Of a DNA stretch of 42,602 nt, positions 18,424 to 25,318 are shown piece after piece (position 1 is the stretch's first letter; every line of letters begins with the position of its first letter). A model generated the notes under the pieces. That model searched no databases and was not told the DNA's origin. It was given only the letters and a program-made list of their open reading frames with translations. This DNA is from a virus: IMG/VR virus record IMGVR_UViG_3300037467_001116; one strand, given 5' to 3'. Made by a program: the position numbers and the translations under genes.

Positions 18424-19161
18424 CCGCCACGGAAGCGAGTGCCATTCAGCGAGGGTTTTAGGCTCGTCAATCTCAAGACCGACTGCGGGCCATTCATCCC
18501 TCGCTGGCATGTAGAGTGTCCCAAATAGCCAATCCCAGAGCGGGCTAAGGGCCCCGAAATTTTTATTGAAGTGCCGCGCCTCAACCGAGTGATGGATGCG
18601 GTGATAGCGATTGTCGATCAGCAGCCACCTGAATGGGCCGGTGTGAAGCTTGGTAGGTGCGTGAATATAGAACTGCCAGTAATGGAATATCGCAGTCAGG
18701 AAGCCAAGCGTGGGGCCGACCTGGATGCTGACGAAGCATAAGGGGATGGTTAGCACGATCACGCCCCACAGTGCTTCGGTCCAATGGTGATAGGAATTGA
18801 TGGCCGAGAGGTTCCTGACCGAGTGATGCACGGCGTGGAAGCGCCACAGGAACCGATGCTCGATCCGATGCAGGAAGTAGAACTGTAAATCTATCCAGAG
18901 TGCCAGGGCGACTGCGGCGATGATCGGAGAACCGAAGCTCGCCCTCAGGACTATTGGGGGATCAGGCAGCCACTGGCTGACAGCAAGGCTCAAGGCCGCA
19001 GCAAATGGGGCTGCGGCCAAAAGGAACAGATAGCCTCTAGCCCGGTCGCGAACCGGCATTTTATCGCGCGGCAACAGGACTTCGAGCGGCACAACGAAAG
19101 CGGTGCCGATGGCCTGATACGCGATCACGCCGAGAAGCTGGCTGAAATACGTTCCTAACAC
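18280..19161 (-). CDS. Fatty acid hydroxylase / sterol desaturase superfamily membrane di-iron enzyme
   Basis: Three histidine boxes (HRIEH, HAVHH, HRIHH) embedded in hydrophobic segments. GTG start. Opposite strand to its neighbours and visibly lower G+C. Confidence 0.7.
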   Translation of the reverse strand: MLGTYFSQLLGVIAYQAIGTAFVVPLEVLLPRDKMPVRDRARGYLFLLAAAPFAAALSLAVSQWLPDPPIVLRASFGSPIIAAVALALWIDLQFYFLHRIEHRFLWRFHAVHHSVRNLSAINSYHHWTEALWGVIVLTIPLCFVSIQVGPTLGFLTAIFHYWQFYIHAPTKLHTGPFRWLLIDNRYHRIHHSVEARHFNKNFGALSPLWDWLFGTLYMPARDEWPAVGLEIDEPKTLAEWHSLPWRLKDTALLRAEECPAPGDFRPSQRLVDHHAAIPADPSEVAGRAACRHG

Positions 19162-19230
19162 ACGGCCACATAACCGAAATTAAACACCCAAGCCAAGCGG
19201 GGACAATCGTATGCGTTTCGGAACGACACA

Positions 19231-19401
19231 ATGACAAGCGACCTATCGAATGGCGCCAAGCATACCTTGGACGCTGTAGCCGGGCTAGCCGCCTTCGCTG
19301 CGCTGGCGAAGATCCTACCGCCGATCGCTGCGGCGCTATCCATCCTCTGGCTTTCGATCCAGTTGGTTGAATGGGCGATCCGCAAGGTGCGCTCTCTGTG
19401 A
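19231..19401 (+). CDS. 56-aa two-helix membrane peptide
   Basis: MTSDLSNGAKHTLDAVAGLAAFAALAKILPPIAAALSILWLSIQLVEWAIRKVRSL. High third-position G+C. Below the track cutoff. Confidence 0.45.
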   Translation: MTSDLSNGAKHTLDAVAGLAAFAALAKILPPIAAALSILWLSIQLVEWAIRKVRSL

Positions 19402-19511
19402 CCAAAGACGGCATCCGCGAGAAGGTCTCTCGCGACCTCCACCGCCTCTACGACGACACCCTTACCGAAAGGATTCCCGACAGCCTCAAACGATTGCTCG
19501 ACCGGCTTTAA
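19371..19511 (+). CDS. NepR-like anti-sigma factor mini-protein (47 aa; alternative GTG start at 19398)
   Basis: MGDPQGALSVTKDGIREKVSRDLHRLYDDTLTERIPDSLKRLLDRL. The L-x-x-L-Y-D...E-x-x-P-D...L-L-x-x-L pattern matches the NepR signature. Good codon bias. Below the track cutoff. Confidence 0.5.
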   Translation: MGDPQGALSVTKDGIREKVSRDLHRLYDDTLTERIPDSLKRLLDRL

Positions 19512-19529
19512 CCAGCGGGGGAAACCGCC

Positions 19530-20255
19530 TTGGCAGCAAACGACAATCCGCGAATCCTCTTTCTCGACATCGAGACCAAGCCAGCGCTTGTATATACCTT
19601 CGGTATACGCGACCAGCACCTGACCCATAACCAGATCAAGGAAGACGGCGGCACAATCTGTGTCGGGATGAAATGGGCCGGCGAGCGCAGAGTGACGGTG
19701 CTTTCCGAATGGGAACACGGCTACCGGCCAATGCTCGAAGGCGTCCACGAAGCGCTTTCCGAGGCCGACGCCGTCGCGAGCTACAATGGCATCTCGTTCG
19801 ACATGCCTAAGCTCATGGGTAACTTCCTCGTTGCGGGGATGCCGCCGCCCCCTCCGCCGACCCAAATCGACATTTACAAAGCCGTCCGCAAGATGGGCTT
19901 CATCTGCAACAAGCTGGCCTACATCGCTCCCCTTCTAGGGTTGGGCGAGAAGCTGAAGCACGAAGGTCTGCAAATGTGGATCGACGTGATGGCCGGTTGC
20001 CCGAAGGCCCAACGGAAGATGGCGCGCTACTGCGCTCAGGACGTGCGCTTGCTCGAAGACGTATATCAACGAGTTTTGCCCTACGTCCACAATCACCCGC
20101 ATCTGCACAAAGGCGGAGCGCTCCAGTGCGGTGCCTGCGGAAGTCAAAGAACCCAATCGCGCGGCGTGAGGCGGACGCGATCCAGCTTCATCCAGCGCTA
20201 TCAATGCCAAGCCTGCGGCGGTTGGTTCGACGGCAAGCGGACAAGGGCTGCGTAG
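19530..20255 (+). CDS. DEDD (RNase H-like) 3'-5' exonuclease with C-terminal zinc ribbon
   Basis: FLDIET, YNGISFDMP and YCAQDV match Exo I/II/III-type motifs. C-terminal CGACG...CQACG. TTG start after GGGGGA. Confidence 0.7.
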   Translation: MAANDNPRILFLDIETKPALVYTFGIRDQHLTHNQIKEDGGTICVGMKWAGERRVTVLSEWEHGYRPMLEGVHEALSEADAVASYNGISFDMPKLMGNFLVAGMPPPPPPTQIDIYKAVRKMGFICNKLAYIAPLLGLGEKLKHEGLQMWIDVMAGCPKAQRKMARYCAQDVRLLEDVYQRVLPYVHNHPHLHKGGALQCGACGSQRTQSRGVRRTRSSFIQRYQCQACGGWFDGKRTRAA

Positions 20256-20322
20256 GACGCGCAACTGCTCGGAAGCCCGCCCTACGCATGAGAACAATAC
20301 CAGAACATCGGGGAGACCGTCA

Positions 20323-20505
20323 ATGCCCGATTTCGGACCCATCCGAGCCGAGCTGCGCAAGCTCGCTTATCATCCGGACATATGCCAGTTCCCCGATAGG
20401 GCCGTAGCGATCGGGACGATGTCAGAAGCGCTGAACAAGCTAGCCGCCCGCGTTCATGGCCGGAGCAACGGAGCGGGGGGACCAACTCCAGAACGGCCCT
20501 ACTAG
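20323..20505 (+). CDS. Hypothetical protein
   Basis: 60-aa ORF upstream of the endolysin gene. Confidence 0.4.
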   Translation: MPDFGPIRAELRKLAYHPDICQFPDRAVAIGTMSEALNKLAARVHGRSNGAGGPTPERPY

Positions 20506-20547
20506 CGAGCGGCTTCGACCAAAACTCCTTCCGAGTCCGGGGGTTCC

Positions 20548-20991
20548 ATGAAAATCAACGAACGCGGCCTCTCGATCATCAAGAGGTTCGAGGGCCTGCG
20601 CCTGGAGGCCTACCGCTGCCCGGCGGGGATTCTCACGATCGGCTATGGCCACACGGGTTCGGACGTGCGCGAGGGCCAGATCATCACCCCCGGCGAGGCC
20701 GACAGGCTGCTCGCGGCGGACGTGGCGCGGTTCGAGCGCGGTGTGGAGGCGCTGGCGTCACCATGCAACGCCAACCAGTTTTCGGCGCTCGTGGGCTTCA
20801 GTTTTAACCTCGGCCTTCTAACGCTTCAGAAATCGACCCTGCTGAAGAAGCACAAGGCCGGCGACTTCGACGGAGCCGAACGACAATTCGCAGCCTGGAA
20901 CAAGGCGCGGGTCCATGGTCAGCTCGTTCCGCTCGCCGGACTCACTGCGCGCCGAGAAGCCGAGCGCATGCTTTACGCCGGTGAAATGTGA
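20548..20991 (+). CDS. Endolysin, GH24 (T4-type) lysozyme
   Basis: RFEGLRLEAYRCPAGILTIGYGHTG carries the E-x8-[D/C]-x5-T catalytic pattern (E15, C24, T30). No N-terminal signal-anchor segment. Confidence 0.85.
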   Translation: MKINERGLSIIKRFEGLRLEAYRCPAGILTIGYGHTGSDVREGQIITPGEADRLLAADVARFERGVEALASPCNANQFSALVGFSFNLGLLTLQKSTLLKKHKAGDFDGAERQFAAWNKARVHGQLVPLAGLTARREAERMLYAGEM

Positions 20992-21221
20992 CCCTGAAAG
21001 AACGCCTTGCCGCCACGCAAGATGCCATGCTCGATCTGGTTCAGAAATGGTGGCGCCCCGCTGCCCAGTGGTCGGTTGCCGGGGGCACGTTCGTCAACCT
21101 CGTCTATCTCCCGCTGAAGACAGGCAAATCGCCATCGCTGGCTGAAGCCGCAGCCTATCTGACCGCTCTCGGAACCCTGTTCGCTGTGCGCGCCTACGAA
21201 AAGGTCAAAGGCGCAGCCTAA
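20988..21221 (+). CDS. Putative holin / lysis membrane protein
   Basis: GTGA overlap with the endolysin stop. 77 aa with WWRPAAQW and hydrophobic segments. Confidence 0.4.
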   Translation: MTLKERLAATQDAMLDLVQKWWRPAAQWSVAGGTFVNLVYLPLKTGKSPSLAEAAAYLTALGTLFAVRAYEKVKGAA

Positions 21222-21236
21222 CCCAAGGAAACTGCC

Positions 21237-21782
21237 ATGCTGTTGCGTGCCGTGCTTTGCGCGTCGTTGATGCTCGCCCCCGCCCCGGCAGAGCAGAGTA
21301 AACTCACGCTGAAGCAGCTTCCGCAGGTCAAACGGGTGTGGTGTAATGGCGCAGCGGGAACAGCCTTCGTCGCGGGTGGACATCTGGTTACGGTTCGTCA
21401 CGTTGCCCAGATCGGCAACTGCCACATCGGTAGCGATCCGCTTAATGTGAAAAGCGATGAAATACTCGACTTCGCGGTGGGGGATGCGACCGAGCGGGGC
21501 TTGGAGATTGACTGCGGCGGGTTCCGGAAGGGCCACAAATATTACTCGGTCGGGTTCGCATTGAGCGAGGGATATCAGACGATCATCGAGCTTACCGCTA
21601 CCGGGGATTATGCGCAGAACGGCGAAGCTATCCTATGGGGCGCTCCGGCGATCATTCCGGGGATGTCGGGCGGGCCAGTTATCAGTGATGAGGGCAAGGT
21701 CGTCGGACTCAATAATATGTTCATGTCGCAATATCCGATAAGCCTTAGCCAGGAATTGAAAACCACAAGCCTGTGCTCATAG
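21237..21782 (+). CDS. Secreted trypsin-like serine protease
   Basis: Signal peptide MLLRAVLCASLMLAPAPA. Candidate triad His (TVRHVA), Asp (LDFAV) and Ser (GMSGGPV). Confidence 0.6.
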   Translation: MLLRAVLCASLMLAPAPAEQSKLTLKQLPQVKRVWCNGAAGTAFVAGGHLVTVRHVAQIGNCHIGSDPLNVKSDEILDFAVGDATERGLEIDCGGFRKGHKYYSVGFALSEGYQTIIELTATGDYAQNGEAILWGAPAIIPGMSGGPVISDEGKVVGLNNMFMSQYPISLSQELKTTSLCS

Positions 21783-21846
21783 CGTGCATCCGGCGTGGAT
21801 CTGCCGCTTGCGTTCCAAATACGCCTCGTGGGCCTCAATCTCGGTA

Positions 21847-22284
21847 TCAAACAACCCAATGTTGACCGGCTTTGCCGTTGTGACTGATGGCGGCCATCCA
21901 TCTACGCATACCGGGGTATTTGAAGGCGCCCATTAGCGTCCCGGACTTCTTGGACTTCCGAGCCCGTCGTTCGTTCTGCCGGTTAGTCTTCACATCGACC
22001 GCCCGAAGGTTTTCCCAGCGGTTGTCGGCCTTGTCGCCGTTGATGTGATCGACCTCTTCTGGCCAATCACCAGTCATGTAGAGGGTCGCGATGCGGTGCT
22101 GGAGGTAGGGCTTCCCGCCAACGCACATGCTAAGGTAGCCGTCCGGCCTTTTGGTTCCGACCGGATCGCCCGGAAAGGTGGCGCCACACCGAACTAGGCG
22201 CTCGAATTTTCCGCTCTCAGGATCGTAGCGATAGCAGCGCTTTAGCGTGGCCAGATCAGGCCCGTTTCCGCGTCTCTGTGGCAT
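21847..22284 (-). CDS. HNH homing endonuclease with a truncated AP2-type DNA-binding domain (frameshifted; see finding)
   Basis: VDHINGDKADNRWENLRAV is an HNH motif. RRWMAAISHNGK begins an AP2 domain, and its remainder (VNIGLFDTEIEAHEAYLERKRQIH) continues in another frame down to 21777. Confidence 0.7.
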   Translation of the reverse strand: MPQRRGNGPDLATLKRCYRYDPESGKFERLVRCGATFPGDPVGTKRPDGYLSMCVGGKPYLQHRIATLYMTGDWPEEVDHINGDKADNRWENLRAVDVKTNRQNERRARKSKKSGTLMGAFKYPGMRRWMAAISHNGKAGQHWVV

Positions 22285-22336
22285 CCGCCGTTAATGGCGG
22301 ATTTCCTTGACTTTGGCAAGAACAAAGGTAGAACGA

Positions 22337-22693
22337 ATGACGTTCTTTCTCACGCTCCTCGGCTTCGGTCGCGGCATCATCGGATGGCTATCAAAGCGAT
22401 CCCTTGCCGAGCTTGCTTCACTTGCTCTTGCCTTGGTGTGTGTAGTCGAATTTATCGCACTCAAAGCAGAGAAGCGGCATAGCTCGAAGCTTCAGGCTCA
22501 GATCGTCAAGCTCGATGCCCAGCTCAGAGCGATCACCACCGCCAAGAACGAGCAGAAGCAAGTCACCAAGGGCAATATCGTAAAGGCGGAAGAGGGGCGG
22601 AAGAAGGCGGACGTGGTTGCCAAGCGGATCGAACAGGCACCGCTACCGGGGAATTGCGCTACTCCGAAAGAGATTCTTGAGGCCGATCTGTAG
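22337..22693 (+). CDS. i-spanin-like protein (N-terminal TM plus coiled coil)
   Basis: Internal ATG (MTFFLTLLGFG). Membrane anchor, then a K/Q/A-rich coiled coil. Located in the lysis region. Confidence 0.45.
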   Translation: MTFFLTLLGFGRGIIGWLSKRSLAELASLALALVCVVEFIALKAEKRHSSKLQAQIVKLDAQLRAITTAKNEQKQVTKGNIVKAEEGRKKADVVAKRIEQAPLPGNCATPKEILEADL

Positions 22694-22894
22694 CGGCCGT
22701 TGCCAACCGAACGTGTCGCGCTCGTATCGTCCACCTAAAGGGCCGCGCCAGCAACTGGCCCAATCCTTCCGCTTCATCGCTTCATTATCCCAACGTGCGA
22801 TGCGCCACCGCCCGCCACCCCAATGCCGCAGTATGGCCCACGGAGCGCCTTCATAATCGTATGCGCCAATACCTCGCAAGAATTTAGCAAACAT
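22643..22894 (-). CDS. Possible Trp-rich hypothetical protein
   Basis: ORF on the opposite strand in a lower-G+C stretch. Weaker codon bias. Overlaps the 3' end of the i-spanin-like gene. Confidence 0.25.
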   Translation of the reverse strand: MFAKFLRGIGAYDYEGAPWAILRHWGGGRWRIARWDNEAMKRKDWASCWRGPLGGRYERDTFGWQRPLQIGLKNLFRSSAIPR

Positions 22895-22951
22895 GCCACT
22901 TGCTAGCACGATTTTTCTTGCGGAACAAGGGCGTATTTGGTAGGAGAATCT

Positions 22952-23119
22952 ATGCGGACGATCAGCGATGTTTCGCCGAGATTGCGTAAGCTAGATTTCA
23001 ATATCGCCCAGCTTCGCCACGCCTACACGCACTTGAAACGCTGGGGCATGTCGGAGTTCGCGGACGGCTTGCTGTCGCCGCAGATCAAAGACCTAGAAAA
23101 TCTGCGGGGCGAATTGTGA
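22952..23119 (+). CDS. Hypothetical protein
   Basis: ATG preceded by GGAGA. 55 aa. GTGA overlap with the next gene. Confidence 0.4.
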   Translation: MRTISDVSPRLRKLDFNIAQLRHAYTHLKRWGMSEFADGLLSPQIKDLENLRGEL

Positions 23120-23358
23120 AGGCCGCCACGTTGCTCACTCTCGTGCTGCTCACCGGCTGCGCCACAACCCACTACTCAACCGTCCACTGCATCACCAAAG
23201 AGCAATACGAACAGCTCCAGAAGGACAAACCCGGCAAGATTCACGACCAGCTAAACGGTCAGGCCGATCACGACATCAAGCCGATCGCCGGCAGATTGGT
23301 GCGCGTTGAAGCATGGGGCGACGGACTGCTCACCATCCTTGGCGGGTGTATCGGCTAA
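23116..23358 (+). CDS. Lipoprotein (candidate o-spanin or exclusion lipoprotein)
   Basis: MKAATLLTLVLLTGC contains a signal peptide plus lipobox (LTG-C). Confidence 0.6.
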   Translation: MKAATLLTLVLLTGCATTHYSTVHCITKEQYEQLQKDKPGKIHDQLNGQADHDIKPIAGRLVRVEAWGDGLLTILGGCIG

Positions 23359-23378
23359 TCCGTAGGTGGGTCGGGTAA

Positions 23379-23558
23379 TCAGCGGATCATGTCTTCCATC
23401 TGCCATCCGAGTGCCCAGGCCTCCTGCTTAGCGGCCCACTCTTCGATGGTCTCTCCGGTCTTCGCGGGCATGTTGGCCGACTTCAGATATGGGTTGTCCA
23501 TGTAGCTTTCGCCGCGAGCCCTTGCGTTCGCGCCGTGGAGTTGGATCTTCTCACTCAT
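23379..23558 (-). CDS. 59-aa Rmf/CrpP-like small protein
   Basis: MSEKIQLHGANARARGESYMDNPYLKS...EAWALGWQMEDMIR has the NPY...W..GW pattern of the Rmf/CrpP fold family. GGGGGA Shine-Dalgarno. Below the track cutoff. Confidence 0.4.
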   Translation of the reverse strand: MSEKIQLHGANARARGESYMDNPYLKSANMPAKTGETIEEWAAKQEAWALGWQMEDMIR

Positions 23559-23681
23559 CGGCTAATCCCCCTCTAGTTCTGGATGGTTGATTGGGCTTGG
23601 GCGATGCCCGACGGCCCGCGCTACTCACGAGCGGAGCCTTGCTTCGCGTCTCCGTCCTTCGGATGAGTATCGCTATCGCGG

Positions 23682-24056
23682 TCAAGCGGTTGCCACTTTG
23701 CGCGCCGCAATGATTTTCGCAATCTCATCCCAACTCTGGGCATTCCCGTTTAGGTGAACCTCTAAGGCGGTCGGGTGTCTCGGCAACCAATGCAGCGACG
23801 TGGCACCGTCATATTCAAAGACAAAGAATATGCGCGATGCCGTCCACGCATAGAGCGAGTGGCAATCCGCGCCGCCAAAGCCGTCGTCGTATTCGCGATC
23901 AACCTTGGCCAGCCCGGCCTCACGACTGAGAAGAACATTCTCGTCAGGCTGTGCGTCCGGATAAGGGTATTCCTCCAGTTTGCCGACAACCATAGCCTCT
24001 ATCTGTTCGCCGTAGAACGTCTCAGCCTCTTCGAGTTCGGTCTTTAGGTTTGCCAT
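23682..24056 (-). CDS. Hypothetical protein
   Basis: 124-aa ORF preceded by AAGGAAG. Confidence 0.55.
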   Translation of the reverse strand: MANLKTELEEAETFYGEQIEAMVVGKLEEYPYPDAQPDENVLLSREAGLAKVDREYDDGFGGADCHSLYAWTASRIFFVFEYDGATSLHWLPRHPTALEVHLNGNAQSWDEIAKIIAARKVATA

Positions 24057-24151
24057 GTTTCTTCCTTTACGCCGGATCGAAGCCCGTAGGGCGAAAAGCC
24101 GCAGGCTTTGAGTTCACGAGAGCCGGATTACGTCCAAAATATCCCGCCATC

Positions 24152-24511
24152 TCACTCCTCCCCCTGGGTAGAAACAGACTCATCACGAACCTTGATTGAA
24201 TGGCCGAGGTTGAGCTTGAGCGGTCGCGGAATTAAGCGCAGCCCCTCTTCGGCTAGCGCCTTGTAGTGGTCACGCTCAGTCCTGAGGCGGCGAATCTCCG
24301 CATCTTCCTCGTAGATCATCTTAAGCAGCGCGGCGGTCGCTCGCGTGGCAATATCGTAAGCGTAACGCTTGAAGTCTCGCCCGTCCTCAGGCTCGCCCTG
24401 TTCGGCCAGCGAGTGGACAAGCGCGGTATCCACCATCTGCCTCGCCCGCAGATCACTCTCTAGGAACTGACGTAGCTTCTGGGTGTCCACTATCTCATCT
24501 CGTAAGGTCAT
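24152..24511 (-). CDS. Hypothetical protein
   Basis: 119-aa ORF, helical and charged. Confidence 0.55.
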   Translation of the reverse strand: MTLRDEIVDTQKLRQFLESDLRARQMVDTALVHSLAEQGEPEDGRDFKRYAYDIATRATAALLKMIYEEDAEIRRLRTERDHYKALAEEGLRLIPRPLKLNLGHSIKVRDESVSTQGEE

Positions 24512-24537
24512 GGGTTACTCCGATCTGGTTTGGGCGG

Positions 24538-24714
24538 TCATGCTGGGTGCCTTCGCGCATATTCGCGCCATTTGCCGTTCTCATGACGCTCGATAGTCAC
24601 CGGGCCATCCTGGCCATAGACCCGTGCATAGTGGATGATATCGTCCAGCGCAGTCGGCCCCTCAACACCCGCTACGACCGTTCCATCTTGCTTCAGGCGA
24701 TAGCGCTCGATCAT
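24538..24714 (-). CDS. 58-aa hypothetical protein
   Basis: MIERYRLKQDGTVVAGVEGPTALDDIIHYARVYG... ATGA overlap with the upstream gene. Below the track cutoff. Confidence 0.4.
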   Translation of the reverse strand: MIERYRLKQDGTVVAGVEGPTALDDIIHYARVYGQDGPVTIERHENGKWREYARRHPA

Positions 24715-24893
24715 GACTCTGGCCTTGGCGTGACATCCTTGAGGTCTAGCCCTCCATCGGCCATGATGTGCATCAGATGCTCGAAGCCCTCGGCATCCAA
24801 GATGCGCCGACCGTCATCCAACTGGATCACGTCGATCTGGCAGCCGAACAGTGTGATCGTGCCTCGACTGATTTCACGCGGCAAGTCCTCCAT
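24711..24893 (-). CDS. Hypothetical protein
   Basis: 60-aa ORF coupled to the downstream gene. Confidence 0.45.
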   Translation of the reverse strand: MEDLPREISRGTITLFGCQIDVIQLDDGRRILDAEGFEHLMHIMADGGLDLKDVTPRPES

Positions 24894-24904
24894 AACTCAT
24901 CCTC

Positions 24905-25318
24905 CTAAGGGGCGCGCAGACGCTCGATCTCGGCTTCGATCTCGAGACAACGCTCGAACCATTCGCCGTGGAGACGGTGAGCAGCGAAGCGCCTGTGATA
25001 GGTGCGTTCGCGCAGCAATCCTCCAGGTGCCGTCGCCAGCAATTCTAGCCGGACGGGCGAGTTGACCTGCATGTGACTGAGGCGGTTACGGACGTGATTA
25101 GCATAGCCAATCTTGACCACGTTGAGTCCAGCAGCGCCGACGAAATAGCAAGACCCTTCAATGTGATTCTGAAGGTTCAGCGCGCTAGCATAGGCTTGGG
25201 CATACTCGTCGCTTTCGGGGTCGGGCAGATAGACGTATTCGGTGTCGCGCCGGAACCTCCAGCGCTGTTTGCCGTGCCTGTCCAGGAACGTCGAAACGTA
25301 TGGATCGAGGTTAGACAC
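24905..25318 (-). CDS. GIY-YIG/T5orf172-type domain protein with an integrase-like N-terminal (arm-binding-like) domain
   Basis: GTG start after GGGAGG. N-terminal LDPYVSTFLDRHGKQRWRFRR...YLPDP parallels the integrase N-terminus LDPYVSAFVDRHHKERFRFRR...YLPNP. The C-terminal half (CYFVGAAGLNVVKIGYANHVRNRL...GEWF) is T5orf172/GIY-YIG-like. Confidence 0.6.
   Translation of the reverse strand: MSNLDPYVSTFLDRHGKQRWRFRRDTEYVYLPDPESDEYAQAYASALNLQNHIEGSCYFVGAAGLNVVKIGYANHVRNRLSHMQVNSPVRLELLATAPGGLLRERTYHRRFAAHRLHGEWFERCLEIEAEIERLRAP

Noticed and set aside
19155-19865. 236-aa - strand ORF overlapping the exonuclease and the NepR-like region
   Set aside because: The + strand encodes a DEDD exonuclease with recognisable motifs and two well-biased small ORFs. 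The - strand frame has no motifs and reads as a typical high-G+C shadow.
22306-22334. TTGACT-N17-TAGAAC promoter-like element upstream of the i-spanin-like gene
   Set aside because: The predicted transcription start would fall downstream of the ATG at 22337, so the geometry does not work. TTGACT also recurs at 25389 and 41985 without convincing -10 partners.
22617-22856. +1-frame ORF overlapping the end of the i-spanin-like gene, considered as an overlapped o-spanin
   Set aside because: The N-terminus is highly charged (MPSGSNRHRYRG), with no signal peptide or lipobox. The lipoprotein at 23116..23358 is the better outer-membrane candidate.
24057-24151. Intergenic region examined for a tRNA gene or tRNA-derived att core
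   Set aside because: No cloverleaf-compatible arms or T-loop consensus were found. The region holds only short hairpins (AAGCCtgcGGCTT, GCCCtacGGGC), which fit a weak - strand terminator.
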